Shown in pieces: positions 1 through 6,764 of a stretch of 64,000 bases of DNA. Position 1 is the first letter of the stretch, and the number at the start of each line of letters is the position of its first letter. The position numbers and the translations under genes are program-made. The notes beneath the pieces were generated by a model. That model saw only the letters and a program-made list of their open reading frames with translations. It was not told the DNA's origin and ran no database searches. Source of the DNA: Escherichia phage vB_EcoM_AYO145A. The stretch lies in sequence record KR014248; one strand, written 5' to 3'.

Positions 1-356
1 TTTGCTGGATAGAAATTTACACTACCATCAACGTAGCTGTACTTATTATTATGGATAAGGTTGGAAAATACCTTAAGGAATGTTTCTGAGTCGTGGCAAA
101 CAAGTTTGAATTGGCTGCTCTCTCCAAGCGCAACTAATGAGTACGGACTTTCACTATCAAAGTCATAATTTGGATTTGATGTTGTAACCGTCACACGCAT
201 TAGGTTATTGGCAATAGTCTTCTGCTTGAAAGAATTTGGAACATAGTGAAGACCTCTATCGCACTGATTAACTAATTCTTTTAATAGGTCATTTGCATAC
301 GGTGAATTAATTGATACAGAGCCATCACTATTGTAATTAAAACTTACTGTTAACAT
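1..356 (-). CDS. hypothetical protein, N-terminal part only (start codon at 354-356, continues beyond window start)
   Basis: Manual minus-strand translation 356->1 is open (MLTVSFNYNSDGSVSINSPYANDLLKELVNQ...); AGGAGA RBS about 6 nt upstream; absent from ORF track because it runs off the edge. Confidence 0.5.
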   Translation of the reverse strand, partial: MLTVSFNYNSDGSVSINSPYANDLLKELVNQCDRGLHYVPNSFKQKTIANNLMRVTVTTSNPNYDFDSESPYSLVALGESSQFKLVCHDSETFLKVFSNLIHNNKYSYVDGSVNFYPA

Positions 357-583
357 TTTTCAGTTCTCCTGCGGTTTATAATTTTGCTGCAATAGAGAAA
401 CGAAGTAAACTCACTGGAAGAAACCACTAAGTGTTGTTCACTAGATTGAGCCATTGCCCTGAAATACATTCCAGTCAAAGCATCATAGTGACTATTCTTT
501 CCAATTGAGGTTATATAGCCATGACTCTTTGCAGTTTGATATAAATCTATAATATCTGCGATTTCTAATTGGGAACTACACAT
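350..583 (-). CDS. hypothetical protein (77 aa)
   Basis: ORF track; immediately upstream and co-directional with the partial CDS at 1-356. Confidence 0.35.
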   Translation of the reverse strand: MCSSQLEIADIIDLYQTAKSHGYITSIGKNSHYDALTGMYFRAMAQSSEQHLVVSSSEFTSFLYCSKIINRRRTEKC

Positions 584-825
584 AGATAATCCTCTTGTCT
601 TCTGTAATTTTGAAAGAACAGGTACAGACCAATTTCAGAGGACGAATAGTAGATTAATTCTACCCTTTTTGATTCCTTACAGTGATTGGTATTCTTACCT
701 TTCTTCGGTTTATTTGATTTTCTCATTAAGTCTCCTTTGTAGAACAAGGCAGACCTACAGCTTTAAGTAAGATGGTACAGTAATCCATACAACAAGTCAA
801 GAACTATTGCAAGTTAAAAAAGTTG

Positions 826-854
826 TTGACAAAGGACTTGACAAGGTGTAGGCT
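826..854 (+). promoter_or_regulatory. sigma70-like promoter (TTGACA 826-831, 17-nt spacer, TAGGCT 849-854) containing conserved CTTGACAAGGTG box
   Basis: Hexamer spacing read from sequence; same 12-mer recurs at 42440 and 57697. Confidence 0.4.
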
Positions 855-975
855 TATAAATACTTAGAAGATAACTTAAAAGGTTCCTCTAAAAAGGCTA
901 TTTAAACAGATATCTTTCTGGATATCTATCTTTTATCTTAAAAGCCTTTTAAGAGGTCTTATAAGAGGCATACCA

Positions 976-1347
976 ATGAAAAACAGAACAAACAAAGGCC
1001 AGTTTAAAAAAGGCCAGTCTGGAAACCCATCTGGAAGACCAAAAGGCTCTCGTAACAAAAGCTCACTCGTAAAAGCTCAACTGACCATTGATAATTCTGC
1101 TGAGTTCGCTGCAAAGCTGTTTGAGGCGATTGTTACAAGGGACGCGGCTAAGCTTGCAGAGTTCGGGTTAAACACAGATGACGTAACCATCAAGAGTATG
1201 ATTGAGGTCGGTAAAACTATCTTTACTCACTCAGCAGGTGAGATGAAAGCACTTGCAGCAGACACTAAGAAGACTCCTGATAATGGTGGTCAACAACAGA
1301 CAGATAACAAACCAACGTTCTCTGCTGTAGCGACTCTCAAAAAATAA
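976..1347 (+). CDS. hypothetical protein with N-terminal GNPSGRPKG motif (DUF5681-like)
   Basis: ORF track; motif FKKGQSGNPSGRPKG recalled as typical of an uncharacterised phage/plasmid domain. Confidence 0.55.
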   Translation: MKNRTNKGQFKKGQSGNPSGRPKGSRNKSSLVKAQLTIDNSAEFAAKLFEAIVTRDAAKLAEFGLNTDDVTIKSMIEVGKTIFTHSAGEMKALAADTKKTPDNGGQQQTDNKPTFSAVATLKK

Positions 1348-1359
1348 TTTTAAAAGGTG

Positions 1360-1389
1360 TTGACAGACTCTACAAAGTTGCTCTAAAGT
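1360..1389 (+). promoter_or_regulatory. sigma70-like promoter (TTGACA 1360-1365, TAAAGT about 1384-1389)
   Basis: -35/-10 hexamers with 17-18 nt spacing upstream of CDS 1429. Confidence 0.4.
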
Positions 1390-1428
1390 CTGTCACATCA
1401 AACAACAAATGAGAGAAGAGAGTAAAAT

Positions 1429-2844
1429 ATGAGCGAATTATTTAAACATGCGCACCTTCATGCAGGTCGAACTGAAAATGGTGCTGTAAACCATACTTCA
1501 TCAATGTCTGCTCTTGTAGACTTTTACAAAGCTGCTGGTTCTAGCCGTAGCAATGTAGGAATCTTACCAGACCTGTTCTACAAAGCTTTGCGTGAGGATG
1601 TTGATGTTGCAGTTCGTATTTTGCTTCATATGCGAGATGTACGAGAAGGTATGGGTGAGCGTAAAGCTTTCCGAACTGTTTTACTTCAAGCGATTGAAGA
1701 TAAAGTTTTAGAGCCTACGCAGGTTCTTCGCATTATGGATAAGATTGCAGAGCTTGGTCGTTTTGATGACTTCAAAATCTTCGTGGGTACTCGTTTCGAG
1801 ACAGATGCCTTCAAACATTTAGAAGCAGCATTACTAGACCCTGCAACAGCAGGTTTGGCAGCTAAGTGGTTACCACGAGTCAAACCACGTCATAAGCAGT
1901 TTGTAAAACGTTTCTGCAAGTTTGCAAACTTGAGTGAGAAAGAGTACCGCACACTGTTGTCTGCACTATCTGATACAGTTGAACAAAAAATCTCTGCTAA
2001 TGAGTTTGGTAAGATTGACTACAGTAAGATTCCTTCACTTGCTGCTGCACGTTACCAAAAACTCTTTAACCGTAAAGATGGAGAACGCTACAAAGCTTAC
2101 ATCGAGTCACTCTCAAAAGGTGAGGCCAAGATTAACGCTGGTGCTGTTTACCCATACGATGTGATTAAATCTATCAAGTATGGTAATGCAGATGTTGCTA
2201 ATGAGCAGTGGAAAGCACTACCAAACTGGATGGTAGAAGGTGAAAACATCCTGTGTATGACTGATGTTTCAAGCTCAATGTCTTGGGTGAATCTTGGTTC
2301 AATCACTGCCCTTGATATTGGTGTATCCCTTGCCTTGTATGTAGCAGAACGCAATACAGGTTGTTTTAAGAATGAGTTAATGGTTTATTCAACAAACCCT
2401 CATTTCATCGAATTGAGTGGTGATTTACGAAACCGTCATCGTCAGATAATGCGTCATGTTGAATATGGCTCAACTAACTTACAAGCAGCTTTTGACCGTA
2501 TTCTTGAAATAGGCAAGAGAAACAACTTGACTCAGAAAGATATGCCAAGTAAGCTTATTATCTTCTCTGATATGGAGTTCAATCAGGTTGATGGAGCTAA
2601 CGGTCGTACAAACTTTGAAGCAATTCAGAGTAAGTACAAAAAAGCTGGATATGAGATGCCACAACTGGTATTCTGGTACTTAGCAAACCGTAATGGTACT
2701 TGCGAAGTATCTGTTAAGGATAATGGTGTAGCAATGGTATCAGGGTTCTCTCCAGCCACTTTAAAAGCTCTGCTTGGTGGTGAGAAGTTTGACCCAATCA
2801 GCGTAATGCTCAAAGCAGTAATGATTGACCGTTATATCTGGTAA
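1429..2844 (+). CDS. Ro60/Rsr-like protein (TROVE-like N-terminal region plus C-terminal von Willebrand A domain with MIDAS motif DVSSSMS)
   Basis: vWA MIDAS D-x-S-x-S at CMTDVSSSMS; C-terminal 200 aa align by eye to recalled human Ro60 C-terminus (LAVDVSASM / LIVCGMTSNGF...MCGFDTGALDVIRNF vs LCMTDVSSSM / LVFWYLANRNG...VSGFSPATLKALLGG); alternative is a related DUF2828-type vWA protein. Confidence 0.6.
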   Translation: MSELFKHAHLHAGRTENGAVNHTSSMSALVDFYKAAGSSRSNVGILPDLFYKALREDVDVAVRILLHMRDVREGMGERKAFRTVLLQAIEDKVLEPTQVLRIMDKIAELGRFDDFKIFVGTRFETDAFKHLEAALLDPATAGLAAKWLPRVKPRHKQFVKRFCKFANLSEKEYRTLLSALSDTVEQKISANEFGKIDYSKIPSLAAARYQKLFNRKDGERYKAYIESLSKGEAKINAGAVYPYDVIKSIKYGNADVANEQWKALPNWMVEGENILCMTDVSSSMSWVNLGSITALDIGVSLALYVAERNTGCFKNELMVYSTNPHFIELSGDLRNRHRQIMRHVEYGSTNLQAAFDRILEIGKRNNLTQKDMPSKLIIFSDMEFNQVDGANGRTNFEAIQSKYKKAGYEMPQLVFWYLANRNGTCEVSVKDNGVAMVSGFSPATLKALLGGEKFDPISVMLKAVMIDRYIW

Positions 2845-2862
2845 AAAGTTTTAAAAAGGGTA

Positions 2863-2891
2863 TTGACAATGTGTTTGATACCCTTTAATAT
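2863..2891 (+). promoter_or_regulatory. sigma70-like promoter (TTGACA 2863-2868, 17-nt spacer, TAATAT 2886-2891)
   Basis: Near-consensus hexamers preceded by A/T-rich UP-like tract. Confidence 0.55.
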
Positions 2892-2953
2892 GTTCTACAT
2901 AGAAACAAAATGAGAGCTTTTCTAAGATACTGAAAAATATTTTAAAAAAGTTC

Positions 2954-2982
2954 TTGACAACCACTAAAAAATAATGTTAAAG
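2954..2982 (+). promoter_or_regulatory. sigma70-like promoter candidate for tRNA array (TTGACA 2954-2959)
   Basis: Consensus -35; -10 is weak (TTAAAG at 17 nt). Confidence 0.35.
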
Positions 2983-3009
2983 TGGTTACATAGAGTTTGA
3001 AAAGTTTAT

Positions 3010-3086
3010 CTCTGTTTAGCTCAGCTTGGTAGAGCGTTCCGTTTGGGGCGGTAAGGCCGGAGGTTCAAGTCCTCCAACAGAGACCA
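3010..3086 (+). tRNA. tRNA-Pro (anticodon TGG), CCA encoded
   Basis: Acceptor CTCTGTT/AACAGAG, D-arm GCTCAGCTTGGTAGAGC, anticodon loop TTTGGGG, T-arm GGAGGTTCAAGTCCTCC. Confidence 0.8.
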
Positions 3087-3093
3087 AATTAAT

Positions 3094-3171
3094 GTTCCAG
3101 TAGACAAAATGGTAAAGTCACCACTCTTTCAAAGTGGATATTTGAGGGTTCAAATCCCTTCTGGAACGCCA
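3094..3171 (+). tRNA. tRNA-Glu (anticodon TTC), CCA encoded
   Basis: Acceptor GTTCCAG/CTGGAAC, anticodon stem CCACT/AGTGG loop CTTTCAA, T-arm GAGGGTTCAAATCCCTT. Confidence 0.75.
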
Positions 3172-3178
3172 GTTTTGA

Positions 3179-3251
3179 CAGAAGACCAATTACAGCAAAC
3201 TTAATCTTATTCATCTGACACGAAATCGGACAAAGAAGAGATTTGGTCTGG
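3179..3251 (+). ncRNA. stem-closed element U1 (5' CAGAAGACC ... GGTCTGG 3' closing helix with covarying extension; short Y RNA-like candidate)
   Basis: Conserved termini and internal TTACAGCAA box shared with elements at 3346, 3762, 3852; helix extension AGACCAA/TTGGTCT covaries between copies. Confidence 0.4.
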
Positions 3252-3262
3252 TCATTAAGAAT

Positions 3263-3339
3263 TGCGGGTATAGAGAAAGGGCGTCTCACATGTCTCATTA
3301 GCATGGTATCGGCAGGTTCGACTCCTGCACCCGCCTCCA
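3263..3339 (+). tRNA. tRNA with anticodon CAT (Met-type; possible initiator, position 1-72 mismatched, T at position 37)
   Basis: T-arm GCAGGTTCGACTCCTGC, acceptor 3' ACCCGCC plus CCA, anticodon stem CATGT/GCATG loop CTCATTA. Confidence 0.6.
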
Positions 3340-3345
3340 ATTTTG

Positions 3346-3405
3346 CAGAAGACCGTATGCAGCAATAAACTACTTTTTGCGGATAAAAGAAAAAACACGG
3401 TCTGG
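3346..3405 (+). ncRNA. stem-closed element U2 (CAGAAGACC ... GGTCTGG)
   Basis: Same conserved termini; extension AGACCG/CGGTCT. Confidence 0.4.
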
Positions 3406-3416
3406 CAATGTATTAA

Positions 3417-3493
3417 GGTTAGGAAGCACATAAGGTATGTGCGGTCGCCTGTTAAGCGAATGGCACAGGGTTCGAATCCCTGACTAACCGCCA
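3417..3493 (+). tRNA. tRNA-Asn (anticodon GTT), CCA encoded
   Basis: Acceptor GGTTAGG/ACTAACC, anticodon loop CTGTTAA, T-arm CAGGGTTCGAATCCCTG. Confidence 0.75.
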
Positions 3494-3502
3494 AATTTAA
3501 AT

Positions 3503-3590
3503 GTGTCGTTATCCCGTAGATGGTAGCGGTGGGGACTGTAAATCCCTTGTCATTGAGACTCGGTAGGTTCGACTCCTACACGGCACACCA
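3503..3590 (+). tRNA. tRNA-Tyr (anticodon GTA), long variable arm, CCA encoded
   Basis: Acceptor GTGTCGT/ACGGCAC, anticodon stem GGGGA/TCCCT loop CTGTAAA, T-arm GTAGGTTCGACTCCTAC. Confidence 0.75.
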
Positions 3591-3596
3591 AATAAA

Positions 3597-3674
3597 GGTT
3601 ATGTAGTTTAATCTGGTTAAAATACTCCCCTGTCACGGGAGATGATGAGGGTTCAAATCCCTTCGTAACCGCCA
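3597..3674 (+). tRNA. tRNA-Asp (anticodon GTC), CCA encoded
   Basis: Acceptor GGTTATG/CGTAACC, anticodon stem CTCCC/GGGAG loop CTGTCAC, T-arm GAGGGTTCAAATCCCTT. Confidence 0.8.
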
Positions 3675-3761
3675 AATTATAATAAGTATTCCAAGATGAT
3701 GTTTTGAGAGGGCTATTTAGCCCCTCCCTTAAAGAGTTCTTACGAGTATTCTTTAAAGGAG

Positions 3762-3838
3762 CAGAAGACCAAATTCAGCAAGTACGTATGATATTTTCAA
3801 GCCAATTTAATTTTGAAAAAATTTAAAACTTGGTCTGG
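3762..3838 (+). ncRNA. stem-closed element U3 (CAGAAGACC ... GGTCTGG)
   Basis: Same conserved termini; extension AGACCAA/TTGGTCT. Confidence 0.4.
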
Positions 3839-3851
3839 CTCAACAAATTTA

Positions 3852-3983
3852 CAGAAGACCGTTTACAGCAAAACTTAAACAATCTATTTCTCCGGTAAAG
3901 AAAAGGCGAAGGTTCGATTCCTTCACTCGGCAGATGTCGAGTTGGTGTAATGGTAGCACTTAAGATGATAAACAACGGTCTGG
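3852..3983 (+). ncRNA. tRNA-mimic ncRNA (YrlA/Y RNA-like): closing helix CAGAAGACCGTT/AACGGTCTGG enclosing T-arm, hairpin-closed acceptor stem and D-arm
   Basis: Order 5'->3': T-arm GAAGGTTCGATTCCTTC (3908-3924), ACTCGGC-AGAT-GTCGAGT hairpin (3925-3942), D-arm GTGTAATGGTAGCAC (3945-3959); no anticodon arm; ends pair. Confidence 0.5.
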
Positions 3984-3985
3984 TA

Positions 3986-4126
3986 ATTATCTTTGTAGAT
4001 AAGTTATTAAGCTTACCTGTGAGTATGCGACCACAAAGGGTGAAAGGGTAAATTCTAGATTTAAACCCAACAAGGCACATCGCTACAGACCTTAAGCAAG
4101 TCTGGGTAGCTTATCTACAAAGATAA
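3986..4126. repeat. two inverted copies of 16-bp palindrome TTATCTTTGTAGATAA (3986-4001 and 4111-4126) flanking a mini CAGACC..GTCTGG hairpin (4082-4110)
   Basis: Exact reverse-complement copies read from sequence; half-site TTATCTACA resembles a DnaA-box-like 9-mer. Confidence 0.4.
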
Positions 4127-4133
4127 TTTTAAT

Positions 4134-4209
4134 GGAAGTGTAGCAGAATGGTGATGCGGCAGACTTTTAATCTGACAGGCGATGGGTTCGAATCCCTCCA
4201 CTTCTACCA
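4134..4209 (+). tRNA. tRNA-Lys (anticodon TTT), CCA encoded
   Basis: Acceptor GGAAGTG/CACTTCT, anticodon loop CTTTTAA, T-arm GGGTTCGAATCCC; paralogue of tRNA at 5366. Confidence 0.65.
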
Positions 4210-4213
4210 ATAT

Positions 4214-4290
4214 GGTTCAGTCGCAGATAAGGTAATGCAGGGGTCTCATAAGCCCTATGAATGTGGGTTCGATTCCCATCTGAACCTCCA
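4214..4290 (+). tRNA. tRNA-Met or Ile2 (anticodon CAT), CCA encoded
   Basis: Acceptor GGTTCAG/CTGAACC, anticodon stem GGGGT/GCCCT loop CTCATAA, T-arm GTGGGTTCGATTCCCAT. Confidence 0.75.
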
Positions 4291-4291
4291 A

Positions 4292-4367
4292 GCTGGTATA
4301 GTTAAGAAGGTTATAACACTCCCCTGATAAGGGAACATCGGTGGTTCGATTCCACCTACCAGTACCA
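4292..4367 (+). tRNA. tRNA-Ile (anticodon GAT), CCA encoded
   Basis: Acceptor GCTGGTA/TACCAGT, anticodon stem CTCCC/GGGAA loop CTGATAA, T-arm GGTGGTTCGATTCCACC. Confidence 0.75.
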
Positions 4368-4382
4368 ATTTCAATAAAGTTG

Positions 4383-4411
4383 TTGACATTGAGATGTGAC
4401 TACTTTATAGT
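4383..4411 (+). promoter_or_regulatory. sigma70-like promoter internal to tRNA array (TTGACA 4383-4388, 17-nt spacer, TATAGT 4406-4411)
   Basis: Near-consensus hexamers and spacing. Confidence 0.55.
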
Positions 4412-4615
4412 AACCTTAGTTTTCGTTGCGTAGCGTCTATTTTGCAAATTTAAAATAAATGCAAACGACAATGTTTTTCTGGCAGTAGCTTGATAGGCTA
4501 AACACCAGTGAGGTCTTCCAATCCCTCATCAAAGAATTTGGCGTACTCGCCCACGGTATGATTAATAAGGTGGGCATCTTTAAGGGCTTTCTAAGAGAGT
4601 CTTTAAAGATAATTA

Positions 4616-4697
4616 CGGGGCGTATCTCAGCGGTCTTCTAAACCGCCGTTAACCGAGTAAGTGGAGTATGCGGGTTCGAGTCCTGCCGCCTCGACCA
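4616..4697 (+). tRNA. atypical tRNA-like gene (anticodon-like hairpin GCGGT-CTTCTAA-ACCGC, TCT = Arg; no clear D-arm, 23-nt extra region), CCA encoded
   Basis: Clear T-arm GCGGGTTCGAGTCCTGC, acceptor CGGGGCG/CGCCTCG; internal architecture non-canonical. Confidence 0.4.
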
Positions 4698-4839
4698 AAT
4701 AGTTAGCAGATTACTTAGACGGTCTTAGCGGGTCTTCCTGTAGGGAGGTGGTCTGTATCTCATGTTTTCCAGAACATGTAAATAATCTGAGAAGGGGCTT
4801 TACAGTGTTGAGATAATACGGTAAGCTTCGAATTATAGT

Positions 4840-4922
4840 GTGGGACGATGTTAAGACTCTAAGGCATGAGCAACGGCTTCCAACACCGTTTCAAAGGGGT
4901 TCAACTCCTCCGTCCCATGCCA
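4840..4922 (+). tRNA. atypical tRNA-like gene (about 80 nt; hairpin AACGG-CTTCCAACA-CCGTT, anticodon uncertain, possibly TCC), CCA encoded
   Basis: T-arm AGGGGTTCAACTCCTCC, acceptor GTGGGAC/GTCCCAT; D region not resolvable by eye. Confidence 0.4.
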
Positions 4923-4935
4923 AAGTCTTATTAGG

Positions 4936-5023
4936 GGTAGGTAGCGGCTAATGGTAGCCAAACTGTCTTGAAAACAGTTGCCACTGTAGAGATACGGTGA
5001 GGGTTCGACTCCTTTACTTACCG
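4936..5023 (+). tRNA. tRNA-Ser (anticodon TGA), long variable arm
   Basis: Acceptor GGTAGGT/ACTTACC, D-arm CGGCTAATGGTAGCC, anticodon stem ACTGT/ACAGT loop CTTGAAA, 20-nt variable arm, T-arm GAGGGTTCGACTCCTTT. Confidence 0.75.
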
Positions 5024-5280
5024 CCTAATAAGATTTAAAGCCAAGCTTCATTCGGATGTTGCTTTGGTATACCGCGTGTATTGTTGTACGCACTGATAAA
5101 GCACCTAGTAGGTGTCACGGAGAAGAGATAATATCAAGCTCTCCAAAGGTTCTAGTCACCGGATTAAACAAGACTATGCAAAGACCTTTTTAGGTCTTTT
5201 TAGAGGGCTTCTAAGGTTATTACAGCTTGTTGTGGAACCTTGTTGCTTAGGTTCTTAGAAGTTCTCTAAAAAGACTTAAT

Positions 5281-5358
5281 GGGAGATTGACGGTAATTGG
5301 TAAACCTATCTCGCTTAGAACGAGATGTTTGAGGGTTCGAATCCCTTGTCTCCTACCA
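5281..5358 (+). tRNA. tRNA with Leu anticodon TAG but class-I (short variable arm) architecture, CCA encoded
   Basis: Acceptor GGGAGAT/GTCTCCT, anticodon stem TCTCG/CGAGA loop CTTAGAA, T-arm GAGGGTTCGAATCCCTT, A73. Confidence 0.6.
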
Positions 5359-5365
5359 AATTAAT

Positions 5366-5441
5366 GCAGGTGTAGCAAAATGGTTATGCGGCTGACTCTT
5401 AATCAGTAAGACGATGGGTTCAATTCCCTCCACCTGTACCA
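5366..5441 (+). tRNA. tRNA-Lys (anticodon CTT), CCA encoded
   Basis: Acceptor GCAGGTG/CACCTGT, anticodon stem GCTGA/TCAGT loop CTCTTAA, T-arm GGGTTCAATTCCC. Confidence 0.7.
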
Positions 5442-5447
5442 AACAAT

Positions 5448-5523
5448 GGGGATGTAGTTTACATGGTTAAAACATAAGTTTTGCAAACTTAAGTACAGGG
5501 TTCAATTCCCTGCTTCTCCACCA
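5448..5523 (+). tRNA. tRNA-Ala (anticodon TGC), CCA encoded
   Basis: Acceptor GGGGATG/CTTCTCC (one mismatch), anticodon stem TAAGT/ACTTA loop TTTGCAA, T-arm CAGGGTTCAATTCCCTG. Confidence 0.65.
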
Positions 5524-5529
5524 ATTAGT

Positions 5530-5604
5530 GCATCCATAGTTTAAACGGGAAAATTACAGTCTTCCAAACTGAGGTTGAGGGTTCGATTCCCTCTGGATGC
5601 TCCA
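5530..5604 (+). tRNA. tRNA-Gly (anticodon TCC), CCA encoded
   Basis: Acceptor GCATCCA/TGGATGC, anticodon loop CTTCCAA, T-arm GAGGGTTCGATTCCCTC. Confidence 0.7.
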
Positions 5605-5610
5605 AACAAT

Positions 5611-5687
5611 GCTGCTTTCGTATAATTGGCTATTACACATCCCTTGTAAGGATGGAAATGCAGGTTCGAGTCCTGTGAGCAGCACCA
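5611..5687 (+). tRNA. tRNA-Thr (anticodon TGT), CCA encoded
   Basis: Acceptor GCTGCTT/GAGCAGC, anticodon stem CATCC/GGATG loop CTTGTAA, T-arm GCAGGTTCGAGTCCTGT. Confidence 0.75.
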
Positions 5688-5690
5688 ATT

Positions 5691-5778
5691 CAGAGGTCAA
5701 GTGAAAGACCGCTTTGAGTCAACTGAAGACCGTAACAAATTCCACGGAGTTGAGTTAGCGGCACAACTCCAGACCTCT
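5691..5778 (+). ncRNA. long imperfect hairpin element (AGAGGTC ... GACCTCT) containing GAAGACC box and inner hairpin GGAGTTG/CAACTCC
   Basis: Inverted repeats read directly; lies between tRNA-Thr and tRNA-Val; related motif content to U elements. Confidence 0.3.
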
Positions 5779-5783
5779 TTCAT

Positions 5784-5858
5784 ACTCGCTTAGTTTATAT
5801 GGTAAAACATCACCCTTACAAGATGAAGAAAAAGGTTCAAGCCCTTTAGTGAGTACCA
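5784..5858 (+). tRNA. tRNA-Val (anticodon TAC), CCA encoded
   Basis: Acceptor ACTCGCT/AGTGAGT, anticodon loop CTTACAA, T-arm AAAGGTTCAAGCCCTTT. Confidence 0.65.
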
Positions 5859-5859
5859 T

Positions 5860-5937
5860 GTTCCAGTATCCCAATTGGCAGAGGATGCAAGCTCAAACCT
5901 TGTATTAGTGACGGTTCGAATCCGTCTTGGAACACCA
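5860..5937 (+). tRNA. tRNA with Leu anticodon CAA, class-I architecture, CCA encoded
   Basis: Acceptor GTTCCAG/TTGGAAC, D-arm TCCCAATTGGCAGAGG, anticodon stem GCAAG/CTTGT loop CTCAAAC, T-arm GACGGTTCGAATCCGTC, A73. Confidence 0.6.
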
Positions 5938-5942
5938 ATTTT

Positions 5943-6018
5943 GCAGGATTAGTTCAAATGGAAAGAGCAACAGTCTACGAAGCTGTTAATAGGGGTTCGA
6001 ATCCCTTATCCTGCGCCA
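5943..6018 (+). tRNA. tRNA-Arg (anticodon ACG), CCA encoded
   Basis: Acceptor GCAGGAT/ATCCTGC, anticodon stem ACAGT/GCTGT loop CTACGAA, T-arm AGGGGTTCGAATCCCTT. Confidence 0.8.
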
Positions 6019-6037
6019 ATTTAAAGAGGCTATTTAG

Positions 6038-6595
6038 ATGAGATATTTGAAGTATGCTTCATGGATTTTCTTAGCTTTGTTAGAGCCATTTGCAGCAATC
6101 TTAGCAGTTATCTTAGCACCTTTCGTAGTTCCATTCTACAGTGAGAAGAAAGGCCACTTACCTTTCGGATTTAGATGGATGGAGACCTATGACAACCCGA
6201 TTGATGGTGATGAAGGCCACGTTAAAAGATGGGCTAAGATTAGAAAGATTGGTAAGCTCGGTGTTTATATGCAGAGAGTTGGATGGCTCTGGAGAAACAA
6301 AGCTTATAACTTCTCTTACCATGTATTAGGAAGAGATGTAAAAGATGTTACTAAGTGGAAAGGTAATATCAACGTAAGTTCTAACCCTGAAGATAATCAG
6401 ACAGGTTATCTCCTAATGTGGAACAGTAATGCTTGGGGATTATTTGCTTTTATCCCATCTATTAAAGTCTTTGGTAAACAATTCTACTGGAGAATTTATG
6501 TTGGGTGGAAACTAAAAAGTGTTGTCCCAGAAGAAAGAGCATTCTCAAGGGAAAGAGTTATGTTGGCATTCTTTATTCATCCACTAAGAAAATAA
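6038..6595 (+). CDS. hypothetical membrane protein embedded in tRNA array (N-terminal hydrophobic helix)
   Basis: ORF track 185 aa; N-terminus WIFLALLEPFAAILAVILAPFVVPF is transmembrane-like; flanked by tRNA genes. Confidence 0.55.
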   Translation: MRYLKYASWIFLALLEPFAAILAVILAPFVVPFYSEKKGHLPFGFRWMETYDNPIDGDEGHVKRWAKIRKIGKLGVYMQRVGWLWRNKAYNFSYHVLGRDVKDVTKWKGNINVSSNPEDNQTGYLLMWNSNAWGLFAFIPSIKVFGKQFYWRIYVGWKLKSVVPEERAFSRERVMLAFFIHPLRK

Positions 6596-6603
6596 AGATT
6601 TAA

Positions 6604-6679
6604 AGGGGATTAGTTTACAAGGTTAAAACCTCGGTCTTTGAAATCGAAGAAGTTGGTTCAATTCCAACATCCCCCGCCA
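6604..6679 (+). tRNA. tRNA-Gln (anticodon TTG), CCA encoded
   Basis: Acceptor AGGGGAT/ATCCCCC (A1-C72 mismatch), anticodon stem TCGGT/ATCGA loop CTTTGAA, T-arm GTTGGTTCAATTCCAAC. Confidence 0.7.
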
Positions 6680-6681
6680 AT

Positions 6682-6760
6682 GCTCCATTACTCCAATTGG
6701 CAGAGAGGCCAGACTTAAAATCTGTGTTATGTATCGGTTCGAATCCGATATGGAGTACCA
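6682..6760 (+). tRNA. tRNA with Leu anticodon TAA, class-I architecture, CCA encoded
   Basis: Acceptor GCTCCAT/ATGGAGT, D-arm CTCCAATTGGCAGAGA, anticodon loop CTTAAAA, T-arm ATCGGTTCGAATCCGAT, A73. Confidence 0.6.
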
Positions 6761-6764
6761 AATT

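Noticed and set aside
3852-3983. Interpretation of the element as a functional circularly permuted tRNA gene
   Set aside because: It has no anticodon arm and bacteria lack the splicing machinery that processes permuted tRNAs; the hairpin-closed acceptor stem and paired ends fit a tRNA-mimic ncRNA better. Kept as an ncRNA call.
3992-4120. DnaA-box-like 9-mers (TTATCTACA) suggesting an origin in the tRNA region
   Set aside because: Only two copies, one mismatch to consensus each, and they are simply the two halves of a 16-bp palindrome; insufficient for an origin call. Reported only as a palindrome repeat.
4420-4610. Possible additional tRNA or small gene downstream of the internal promoter at 4383
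   Set aside because: No T-arm or acceptor pairing could be found; only short hairpins and a 9-codon ORF. Left unannotated as a possible leader or small RNA.
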